From: Thermodesulfobacteriota bacterium
GTDB taxonomy: Bacteria; Desulfobacterota; Binatia; HRBIN30; CADEER01
NCBI GenBank assembly: GCA_041743795.1
Contig: JBGTMF010000623.1
Location: 11,851-75,850, forward strand
DNA: 64,000 bases
Direction: 5' to 3'
Part shown: positions 37,826 to 46,036 of the stretch, one piece after another
Layout of the letters: each line of letters starts with the position of its first letter
How positions within the stretch are numbered: the first letter of the stretch is position 1
The notes under the pieces: model-generated
The model's input: the letters and a program-made list of their open reading frames with translations, nothing else
What the model was told of the DNA's origin: nothing
The model's database searches: none
Position numbers and translations under genes: made by a program

Positions 37826-40800
37826 ATGTCGAGGGAACGCTCTACCCGGATTCTGGTCAAGCTTCGCGCGACCACGTCACTTCGGGCAGCCGAGTCGCGG
37901 GCTAACCTGCGACCGCTGTACGACGCGACGGCGGAGGAGGACAGCGCTGTGTCACCGCTTGGCGTTGCGCCGCCTGGCCAAAGCCGCGGCAATGCGCCGC
38001 GCTGGTATCTCGCGGATGTGCCCGACGGCCGCGACAATCCCTGGGATCTCGCGCATGCGCGCCTCGCCGATCAACTCGGCGTCGCTGAATCGGACGTCTT
38101 GTTTGCCGAGCCTGACCTGATCCAACCGGTTCAAAAGGACCCGTTCAATCGCGAGGCCCAGGGACTTCCGCTCGGAGAGGAATGCACTGAGTGCACGCAG
38201 GAGGATGGTGGCGGACGGGCGAAGGGCCCAGATACCTTCGCTTGGCATCTCGGCGACGATTTCACGCAGCTGAAACGCGCGCGCGAGGAGGTGGAGTTCA
38301 CGGATCGCCGCACGCGCATTGCGCACTTCGACACCGGCTACTATCGCGACCACGTCACCCTGCCGAAACACATCCGCACGGATCTGGAACGTAACTTCGC
38401 GGATGGGGATGAGGACTCGGCCGACGACCCGGGCAAACGTCGCTTGCTGCTCGATAACGCGGGACATGGCACGGGTACGTTGTCGATCCTTGCGGGCGGA
38501 CGCTACCCACGTGCCGGGGGCGAGTACATGGGAGCCGCACCTGGCGCGGATGTGGTGCCGATCCGGGTCGCAAGAAGCGTCATACTGCTGCGCACGAGCG
38601 CCTTTGCACGGGCGCTCGACTACGCTCGCACGCACGACTGCGATGTCGTGGCGATGAGCATGGGCGGGCTTCCCTCGAACGCCTGGAAAGAAGCGGTCGA
38701 CGATGCCTATCTCGCAGGGGTCTGCATCGTCTCGGCCGCCGGCAACAACTATAGCGGAGTTCTTACAAGGAACATTGTGTATCCGGCTCGCTACGGTCGG
38801 GTGATCGCCGTCGTCGGTGTCATGGCCGATGGCCGACCCTACGCAGACCTCGATTTCCGCACGATGGAAGGAAATCACGGTCCATCATCGAAGATGAGCA
38901 GCGCGATTGCAGCCTATACACCGAACATTCCGTGGGCTCGATTCGGCTGCCCCGAGATCGTGCGGTTGAACGGTGAGGGCACCTCCGCTGCGACACCGCA
39001 GGTCGCGGCCGCCGCGGCGCTGTGGCTGGAGAAGTACAAGGGAGTGCTGCGACCCGACTGGAGGCGCGTCGAGGCAGTGCGCCACGCGCTCTTCAGCAAG
39101 GCGCGCGGGACAAATTCCGACCGATCTCGGCTGGGCAATGGGATTCTCCGGGCGCATGCGGCGCTCGCCGTCGAGCCCGATCTTGAGCGCCGGCAGACCA
39201 AATCGGATAGCGACTGGCTCCCTGCCCTTCGAGTGATCACCGGTCTCGGCGTAGCCGAACCGCCGCCGCGAGAGCGGATGTTCAATCTGGAGTTTGCCCA
39301 ACGCTGGCTCTTGAACCCAGCGCTGCAAGCGCTCCTGCCGGATCCCGATGCCGACAGGCCGGTCGACGAGAGGGCATTGCGCGCCCTGATGGAGGCGGTG
39401 ATCGAGGACAGTGACGCGTCGCTGGCGCTGCGGCGACAGGTTGTCGCCCGTTACCCGTTGGTCACGGGCCGAATGGTCCCGACGGGCAAAGCGCCGGCGG
39501 ACGTCGTTCCGCCGGTGCTGGCGGTCACCGAATCGACCGCGCCGCCGCGACTGGTTCCCCCGGCACAGCGGCGCGTGCGGGTGTACGCAGTGGACCCCAG
39601 CTTCTCGACAAAGCTCGATTCGGCGAGCGCCAATGACGTGCGACTTAATGTGCGGTGGGAAAAACTGGCGCCGGGCCCTGTCGGCGAGTACCTCGAGGTA
39701 AGCGATGTCGATGCACTCGGCAACCGCCACGCGCCAGTCGATCTCAATGCCCCTGAGTTACTCGCGCAAGACGGATGGGCGCCGTCCGAAGGGAATCCGC
39801 AGTTCCATCAGCAGATGGTGTACGCCGTGGCGATGAAGACGATCGAACACTTCGAGCGCGCGCTCGGCCGGCCGGTGCTCTGGCGCCCGCGGCCGTCGCC
39901 GAAGCGGCCGAATGACGATAGCCAGTTCGTGCGCCGGCTCGCCGTGCACCCGCACGCGATCCGTCACGCCAATGCGTTCTACAGTCCTCAGGACGTCGCG
40001 CTCCAGTTCGGCTACTTCGAGGCGCCGAGTCATGACCCGGGTGAACTCGTCCCCGGAAGCCGTATCTACGCTTGCCTCTCGCACGACATCATCGCCCACG
40101 AGACGACGCACGCAGTCTTGGACGGGATGCACCGGCGGTTCACGGAGCCCTCCAATCTGGATGTGCTGGCGTTCCACGAGGCGTTCGCCGACATCATCGC
40201 GCTCATGCAGCACTTCACGATCCCCGAGATTCTGGAACGGGAGATCGCCCGGTCGCGCGGCGACCTCGAGAGCGAGTCCATTCTGGGTAGCCTCGCGGTG
40301 CAATTCGGCCGCGCGGTCGGGGGCCACGCTGCCTTGCGGGACGCCATCGGTCGCGTAGAGAACGGTGTGTGGCAGCGCTTTGCTGCTGATGCCACGGAGC
40401 TGGCGCGGCGTGAAACGCCGCATGCCCGTGGAGCCATACTGGTCGCGGCGGTCTTCGACGCGTTCCTGGCGATCTACCGCACGCGGAGCGCTGACCTTCT
40501 CCGCCTCTATACGGCGGGGACCGGCGTGCTGCCGAACGGCGCCATCCACCCGGACCTCGTGCAGCGTCTTGCGCGAGAGGCTGCGACGTCGGCCCGGCAC
40601 GTACTCGGTATTTGCATCCGTGCCCTCGACTATCTCCCTCCGGTCGACGTGACATTCTTCGAGTATCTGCGCGCGTTGATCACGGCTGACTTCGACGTGG
40701 TCGCGGAGGATCCCTTGAACTACCGGGTTGCCTTCGTCGAGGCATTTCGTCGCCGCGGGATCTATCCCGTGGACATGGGCTCTGTCGACGCGGACACGCC

Positions 40801-41410
40801 GCGAACCCTCGCGCCAGACACATTGCGGTGGAAGGGACTGGACGAGGCTGATCTGAGCGCAGCGGCACGCGTGCGGATCGAACAGCAGTACGCGGCGATG
40901 ATCAGCGGGCTCAAGGAACACGCCACCGCCTGCATCTATCTTCGCGACCGCGAGGCGCTCTTCGACGCGACGCGGGCGCAGCGTAGATCGCTGCACGGGC
41001 AACTCGCGGCGTCATTCGCAGAGTCTGAGGAATTTTGTAACTGGCTCGGACTCGTTCCAAAGCGATCCTTCGAGGTGCACGAGCTTCGCTGCGCGCTACG
41101 TAGTCGACCCGACGGTACGACGGCGCCGCAGATCGTGATCGCGCTGACACAGTCGATGCGGATCAAGAGAAATGCGAAGACGGGTGCGCCGGCGCACCAT
41201 TTCCTGGGTGGCTCTACGCTTCTCGTCGACCTCGTGGCGCCGCGTGTCAGCTACCGCATCGTCAAACGCATCTCGAGTGTGGATCGCCAGGCGCGGACCG
41301 CGGCGTTCGTGCGGCAGACCGCCGCCGATCCATTGCGTGCCCTATTCTATTCGCCGGACCGAAAAGAACCGTTTGCCGCGCTTCACGCGCTCGGGGAGGC
41401 GGGGGTGTAG
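37826..41410 (+). CDS. 1194-aa fusion protein: subtilisin-like S8 peptidase domain + thermolysin-like (HExxH...E) metallopeptidase domain, no signal peptide
   Basis: S8 catalytic triad contexts IAHFDTGY (Asp), AGHGTGTLSI (His), NGEGTSAATPQVAAAAAL (Ser). C-terminal half has IIAHETTHAVLDG...(23 aa)...FHEAFADII, matching the M4 gluzincin HExxH + NEAxSD arrangement. GGAGG-like RBS 5 nt before the ATG. N-terminus is not a Sec/Tat signal. Confidence 0.8.
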   Translation: MSRERSTRILVKLRATTSLRAAESRANLRPLYDATAEEDSAVSPLGVAPPGQSRGNAPRWYLADVPDGRDNPWDLAHARLADQLGVAESDVLFAEPDLIQPVQKDPFNREAQGLPLGEECTECTQEDGGGRAKGPDTFAWHLGDDFTQLKRAREEVEFTDRRTRIAHFDTGYYRDHVTLPKHIRTDLERNFADGDEDSADDPGKRRLLLDNAGHGTGTLSILAGGRYPRAGGEYMGAAPGADVVPIRVARSVILLRTSAFARALDYARTHDCDVVAMSMGGLPSNAWKEAVDDAYLAGVCIVSAAGNNYSGVLTRNIVYPARYGRVIAVVGVMADGRPYADLDFRTMEGNHGPSSKMSSAIAAYTPNIPWARFGCPEIVRLNGEGTSAATPQVAAAAALWLEKYKGVLRPDWRRVEAVRHALFSKARGTNSDRSRLGNGILRAHAALAVEPDLERRQTKSDSDWLPALRVITGLGVAEPPPRERMFNLEFAQRWLLNPALQALLPDPDADRPVDERALRALMEAVIEDSDASLALRRQVVARYPLVTGRMVPTGKAPADVVPPVLAVTESTAPPRLVPPAQRRVRVYAVDPSFSTKLDSASANDVRLNVRWEKLAPGPVGEYLEVSDVDALGNRHAPVDLNAPELLAQDGWAPSEGNPQFHQQMVYAVAMKTIEHFERALGRPVLWRPRPSPKRPNDDSQFVRRLAVHPHAIRHANAFYSPQDVALQFGYFEAPSHDPGELVPGSRIYACLSHDIIAHETTHAVLDGMHRRFTEPSNLDVLAFHEAFADIIALMQHFTIPEILEREIARSRGDLESESILGSLAVQFGRAVGGHAALRDAIGRVENGVWQRFAADATELARRETPHARGAILVAAVFDAFLAIYRTRSADLLRLYTAGTGVLPNGAIHPDLVQRLAREAATSARHVLGICIRALDYLPPVDVTFFEYLRALITADFDVVAEDPLNYRVAFVEAFRRRGIYPVDMGSVDADTPRTLAPDTLRWKGLDEADLSAAARVRIEQQYAAMISGLKEHATACIYLRDREALFDATRAQRRSLHGQLAASFAESEEFCNWLGLVPKRSFEVHELRCALRSRPDGTTAPQIVIALTQSMRIKRNAKTGAPAHHFLGGSTLLVDLVAPRVSYRIVKRISSVDRQARTAAFVRQTAADPLRALFYSPDRKEPFAALHALGEAGV

Positions 41411-41484
41411 CGCTCAGCCCGCTTGGGGCTTTGCAGGGATTCGCGCAGATCCCTCTGGATTCGGGATCGAAAATTCAGGATTCT

Positions 41485-42333
41485 ATGCAGATTGTGCTCG
41501 ACCCCGAGATCAGATCCAGATTGCGCTACGTGCGGGCCAACGGCTCCGAGGACTTGGCGCTGTTTCCCGATTTCCTCATCGTCGGACCGCAGCGCACCGG
41601 TACGACGTGGCTGCACGCGCATCTTCGCTTCCACCCGCAGATCATGCTCTCCGAGCCGAAGGAGATCTTCTATTTCAACCGGTTGAAGGATCCCAACCAC
41701 CCACGCTTCGAATCAGCCGACCTTTCCTGGTACCTCGATCATTTCCGCGAGCCATGGGCTCGGCGCTGTGCCAAGACGGCAATCGCGCTATGGCGCTTCC
41801 GCGAGTTCTACCGCCCGGTGGTGCGCGGCGAAGCGACCGCCAGTTACGCCGCCATGGAGCCCGACCTGATCGACGAGGTGGTGTCCCTGAAGGCGGACGT
41901 GCGCGTCATCATGATGATACGCGATCCCGTAGATCGGGCCTGGTCACACGCCAAGAAGGATCTCGTTCGCAAGACCGGCCGCCGCGTCGATCAGGTGCCG
42001 GCGGAGGAGTTTCGCGAGTTCTTTCGCGACGAATACCAGGTGAGCTGCGGCCGCTATGTGCGCAATCACGACAACTGGCAGTCTCGCCTGCGCCCCGGAC
42101 ACCTATACGTAGGTGCCTTCGAAGAGATTACCCGTCGACCTCACGAAATGATGCTCGAAGTCATGTCGTTTCTCGGCGTGCGCAGCGATCCACACTACAT
42201 CAGTGCCGATGTGCGCGAGGAAGTGAATCCGACCGCCAAGTCGAGCGTTCCGGCGGAGTATCGCGCTTACCTGGAGGACCTCTTCGACGACGAGATCGCG
42301 TCCCTGGAGGCCCGCTTCGGCTACCGCCGATAG
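41485..42333 (+). CDS. Sulfotransferase-family protein
   Basis: 5'-PSB motif FLIVGPQRTGTTWLH and 3'-PB-like region (IMMIRDPVDRAWSH). ATG at 41485 with a CAGGA RBS. The listed ORF start at 41431 is TTG. Confidence 0.75.
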   Translation: MQIVLDPEIRSRLRYVRANGSEDLALFPDFLIVGPQRTGTTWLHAHLRFHPQIMLSEPKEIFYFNRLKDPNHPRFESADLSWYLDHFREPWARRCAKTAIALWRFREFYRPVVRGEATASYAAMEPDLIDEVVSLKADVRVIMMIRDPVDRAWSHAKKDLVRKTGRRVDQVPAEEFREFFRDEYQVSCGRYVRNHDNWQSRLRPGHLYVGAFEEITRRPHEMMLEVMSFLGVRSDPHYISADVREEVNPTAKSSVPAEYRAYLEDLFDDEIASLEARFGYRR

Positions 42334-42495
42334 TTCGCCAATGGCCGATCCCGCACCTGCGAGTCGTCGCGCCCACCGAGGAAGCCCTCGGCGAAAGCCG
42401 AGTTCGAATTTCGCGTAATACGGCGGCGGGCTTTTTCTCCGGCGATCGACTATCCATGCACGAGTCCGGATCCACTGCTGGTTTACGGATTGGAC

Positions 42496-42661
42496 CTAGT
42501 GTCCTGAGTCAGAGATTCGTCACATTATTCGGCGGCCCTTGGCGCCCATGCCGGCGTTGCTCCTCCTCGAAATATTGCAAATATTCCTTCGTCGTCGCGC
42601 CTTGGCATGGGCGCCAATTGCTCGCCGACTAATGCAACGAACTTCCAACTCAGGACACTAG
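42496..42661. repeat. 166-bp nested-palindrome element (possible structured leader / MITE-like)
   Basis: Outer perfect 14-bp inverted repeat ctagtgtcctgagt (42496-42509) / actcaggacactag (42648-42661). Inner perfect 14-bp inverted repeat ttggcgcccatgcc (42539-42552) / ggcatgggcgccaa (42604-42617). AT-rich palindromic core aatatt-gca-aatatt (42571-42585). Ends 17 nt before the CBS gene. Confidence 0.5.
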
Positions 42662-42678
42662 AAAGGGAGGGAGTCACC

Positions 42679-43104
42679 TTGAAAGCCATCGAATGGATGA
42701 GCAAGCCGCTGCTGGCGGTCAAGCCGCTCGACCGCATCACGCACGCTCGCGAACTGATGATCAAGAAGCGCGTCAACCAACTGGGGGTGGTGCGCGACGG
42801 CCAACTGGTGGGTATCGTTACCGACCGCGACCTGCGCGACGCCTTCCCATCGGCCTTCGAGGCGGCCTGGGCCGATTCCCGCCGCAAGCAGTCGATGGAC
42901 CCGGAGAAGGTAGCGGTGGAGAGTGTGATGTCCGCAGACGTGGCTACTCTCGACGTCAACGCCACCCTCGGCGACGCCGCCGAGTTGATGCGTGAGCGGC
43001 GCATTGGCGCCGTGCCGATCATCGACGCCGGCAAGCCTGTCGGCATCGTTACGCGCTCCGACGTCCTGCGCGCTTTCATCGCCCTCTCCGCAAAGACCGA
43101 CTGA
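42679..43104 (+). CDS. CBS-pair domain protein
   Basis: Two CBS motifs (GVVRDGQLVGIVTDRDL... and GAVPIIDAGKPVGIVTRSDVL). TTG start 7 nt after a GGGAGGG Shine-Dalgarno. Confidence 0.7.
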   Translation: MKAIEWMSKPLLAVKPLDRITHARELMIKKRVNQLGVVRDGQLVGIVTDRDLRDAFPSAFEAAWADSRRKQSMDPEKVAVESVMSADVATLDVNATLGDAAELMRERRIGAVPIIDAGKPVGIVTRSDVLRAFIALSAKTD

Positions 43105-43133
43105 GCGGCGGCACGCGGTCAAGCGCCGACGCT

Positions 43134-44066
43134 TCAAGAGCGCAGCACGGAGGGTCGGTATTTAGCTTTGCTCGCCGTGCTGCCGTCTGACTCTGGTTCC
43201 CAGGCCGGTTCACCCTCGATGCGCACCAAACGCTGGAACTCCTCGCGCAGGCGAAGCGTGATCGGTCCGACCTTGCCGTTGCCGATCGAGCGCGCATCGA
43301 ACTTGGCGATAGGCATCAACTCGGCGCCGGTGCCGGTGAGAAAGGCCTCATCGGCTGTGTGTAGGTCGTAACGAGTGAGCCGGGCCTCTCGCGCGGGAAG
43401 TCCCGCCTGTTGCGCGAGTTGCAGGATGACGCCGCGGGTGATGCCCTCGAGCGCGCCGTCCTGCGGCGAGGGGGTCAGAATCGCGCCGTTGCGGACGACA
43501 AATAGGTTGTCGGCGGTGCATTCGGCGATGAAACCCTCCGCGTTGAGGAGGATGGCTTCATGCGCGTTGGCCACCCGCGCGTCGATCTTGGCAAGGATGT
43601 TCTTGAGATAGTTGAGCGATTTGATGCGCGGATCGACCGACTCGTGCGACACCTGACGGGTCGGCGAGGTGACGACGCTGACGCCGCATTCGTAGAGTTC
43701 GCGCGGATAGACGGCGACCTGGTCGACGATGACGATGATCGTCGGCTGCAGGCACGACCCCGGATCGATGCCCAATGCTCCTTCGCCTCGGGTGACGATG
43801 AGCCGGATGTAGCCGTCCTCACAGCGGTTGCGTGCCACCGCCTCGGCGACCGTTCCACTGAGTTGCTCGTTGGTGACCGGAATCTCAAGGGCGATCGCCC
43901 GCGCCGAGCGGTAGAGGCGATCCAAGTGGTCGCGCAGGCGGAAGATGCGCCGCGAATATACGCGAATTCCTTCGAAGACACCGTCGCCGTAGAGTAGCCC
44001 GTGGTCGAAGACCGAAACCTTGGCATCCTCGCGGTCCAGCCAACTTCCGTCGATGTATACCTGCAT
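43134..44066 (-). CDS. ilvE: Branched-chain-amino-acid (class IV) aminotransferase
   Basis: Fold-type IV PLP enzyme: MQVYIDGSWLDREDAKVSVFDHGLLYGDGVFEGIRVY..., EAFLTGTGAEL region. ATG inside the listed ORF. Confidence 0.8.
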   Translation of the reverse strand: MQVYIDGSWLDREDAKVSVFDHGLLYGDGVFEGIRVYSRRIFRLRDHLDRLYRSARAIALEIPVTNEQLSGTVAEAVARNRCEDGYIRLIVTRGEGALGIDPGSCLQPTIIVIVDQVAVYPRELYECGVSVVTSPTRQVSHESVDPRIKSLNYLKNILAKIDARVANAHEAILLNAEGFIAECTADNLFVVRNGAILTPSPQDGALEGITRGVILQLAQQAGLPAREARLTRYDLHTADEAFLTGTGAELMPIAKFDARSIGNGKVGPITLRLREEFQRLVRIEGEPAWEPESDGSTASKAKYRPSVLRS

Positions 44067-44187
44067 GGGGCTGGCAGTTTCCGGCTTCGCGGCGGAACTT
44101 GCAAGCTCGAGGTCGACGTCTTCCAACTTCGTCGAATCGCAGCGGAGCAACGCGCTAGCGGCGCGACCCCAATCCGACGCACCCGTG

Positions 44188-45033
44188 TCAGCGCCGGGTT
44201 GGCGCGGCGGAGCTGATGCGTTCGAACTTCGGCGGACGCTTCTCGAGGAACGCTTGCACGCCTTCGCGAAAGTCGGGTGCCTTGAAGCTCTCCAACATCA
44301 GCGCGAAGGCCTCCTTTTCGGCCCCGTCGAGAGAATCCATGAGGTTGCGGTAGACTTGGCGCTTGATGGTCGCCATCGAAGTTGGCGAACAGTTGGCCGC
44401 CAACTCGTCGATGTAGCTGCGCGCCGCGCCGAGTAACTCCTCGTGTGGGACGACGCGATTGACCAGCCCCATGCGGTAGGCTTCGTCCGCATCGATCTTG
44501 CGCCCCGATAGAAGGAGATCGAGCGCGTTGGCCGGCCCGATTAATCGCGGCAGCAGCCATCCGCTGCCCCACTCGGCGACCAACCCGCGCTGCGGGAACG
44601 CAGTGAGGAAGGACGCGCGTTCGGATGCGAAGCGGAGGTCACAGCAGGCAATGATCGGTATGGCCATTCCGGCAACCGGGCCGTTCACCACCGCAAGGAT
44701 CGGCTTCCGCACCGACATCAAATAAGTATAGGTACCGCGAAAGCCGTCCCCCATCGCCGCGTCACCCGGATCGGCGTCGAGTTCCGCGGGGATTCCGCCG
44801 TCGCCCTCGCCGCGGGAGAGGCCCTGCAGTACTTTCATGTCCGCGCCGGCGCAGAAGCCGCGGCCGGCTCCGGTGAGAATGATGGCGACGACCGTCTCCT
44901 CCGCCTCGGCTTGCGCGATGGCGTGCTTGACCTCGGCCGCCATCCGAGTGGTCCACGCGTTGAGCTGCTGCGGACGGTTCAGCGTGATGATCGCTGCCGG
45001 CTCGGCGACTTCGAAAACGATCTCATCGTACAT
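44188..45033 (-). CDS. Enoyl-CoA hydratase/isomerase (crotonase fold)
   Basis: IITLNRPQQLNAW...ILTGAGRGFCAGADMK oxyanion-hole motif. Confidence 0.8.
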   Translation of the reverse strand: MYDEIVFEVAEPAAIITLNRPQQLNAWTTRMAAEVKHAIAQAEAEETVVAIILTGAGRGFCAGADMKVLQGLSRGEGDGGIPAELDADPGDAAMGDGFRGTYTYLMSVRKPILAVVNGPVAGMAIPIIACCDLRFASERASFLTAFPQRGLVAEWGSGWLLPRLIGPANALDLLLSGRKIDADEAYRMGLVNRVVPHEELLGAARSYIDELAANCSPTSMATIKRQVYRNLMDSLDGAEKEAFALMLESFKAPDFREGVQAFLEKRPPKFERISSAAPTRR

Positions 45034-45120
45034 TGGTGGAGTCTCGGTTTTCGCATGGCGGATTTCAAGACTCTGCCCCTATCGCTTGAATTCCGATTTT
45101 CGAAATCTGAAGCTGCCGGC

Positions 45121-45837
45121 ATGAAGGTTCAAATAGCAGGCGTGTCGTCCCTCGAAGAGGCGCTGTTCTGCGAACGCGCCGGCGCCGACGCGATTGGCTT
45201 TACGGTTCGTCTCCCGGGCGGACTGCATGACGGGCTGACGGAAGAGTCGGCGCGTAGCATCGTCTCGGCTTTGCCGCCGTTCGTCGCCTCCGTGGCCATC
45301 ACTTACGTCGACAACGCTCGCGAAGCGGTGGAGTTGTGTCGCTACCTCGGCGTCTCGACCCTGCAGCTGCACGGGGAGTTCCCTACGTCCGAAGTTCCGT
45401 TGCTCCGTGCCGGATTGCCCCATTTGCGTATCATCCGTGCTGTAAACGTCGTGGGAGCCGAGTCGATCGAGCGTGCGCGGGAGGTGCAGCGCCGCGTCGA
45501 CGCGATCATTCTCGACACCTACGATCCGGCGACGGGACATCGCGGCGCGACCGGCAAAACGCACGATTGGGACATCAGCCGCGAGATCGTCGCGCGCGCC
45601 CGTGTTCCTGTCCTCCTTGCCGGCGGGCTGACTCCGGAAAATGTCGCCGCCGCAATCGCAGCGGTCGGTCCGTGGGGTGTCGACGTCCATACCGGGGTGG
45701 AACATGAGGACGGGCGCCGTAATCTCGAGAAGATTCGTTCTTTTGTGGTAAATGCCAAATCCGCCGCCGGGCGGGTGGATGAAGGCGGCGCGGATTCGCC
45801 GACGGAGGGTGCAGCGCGGCTGCGGCGCTGGAAGTAA
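45121..45837 (+). CDS. trpF: Phosphoribosylanthranilate isomerase
   Basis: MKVQIAGVSSLEEALFCERAGADAIGF...LQLHGEF...GVDVHTGVE: TIM-barrel PRAI motifs. ATG at 45121. Confidence 0.8.
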   Translation: MKVQIAGVSSLEEALFCERAGADAIGFTVRLPGGLHDGLTEESARSIVSALPPFVASVAITYVDNAREAVELCRYLGVSTLQLHGEFPTSEVPLLRAGLPHLRIIRAVNVVGAESIERAREVQRRVDAIILDTYDPATGHRGATGKTHDWDISREIVARARVPVLLAGGLTPENVAAAIAAVGPWGVDVHTGVEHEDGRRNLEKIRSFVVNAKSAAGRVDEGGADSPTEGAARLRRWK

Positions 45838-46036
45838 AACGAATTTGAGATGCCAAGCCGAGCGACGTTGCGATCGGAGGAACCGCGTTTCTCGACCTGC
45901 GCCAAGGGCACCTCGCTTTGCTGTGGCAAAAGCCTGACCGCATCGGTAGAGGTGGAAGACCCCCCTATTTGATCTATTGATGGCGCATCCTCCAACCCCC
46001 ACTCCTTCAGGCCCATTCCCGCGCGGTTCCCACCTT

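Noticed and set aside
42530-42625. TGGCGC / TGGCAT ...TTGC motifs inside the palindromic element as possible sigma54 promoters
   Set aside because: GG-to-GC spacing is 14-16 nt rather than the required 10, so it is not a valid -24/-12 element.
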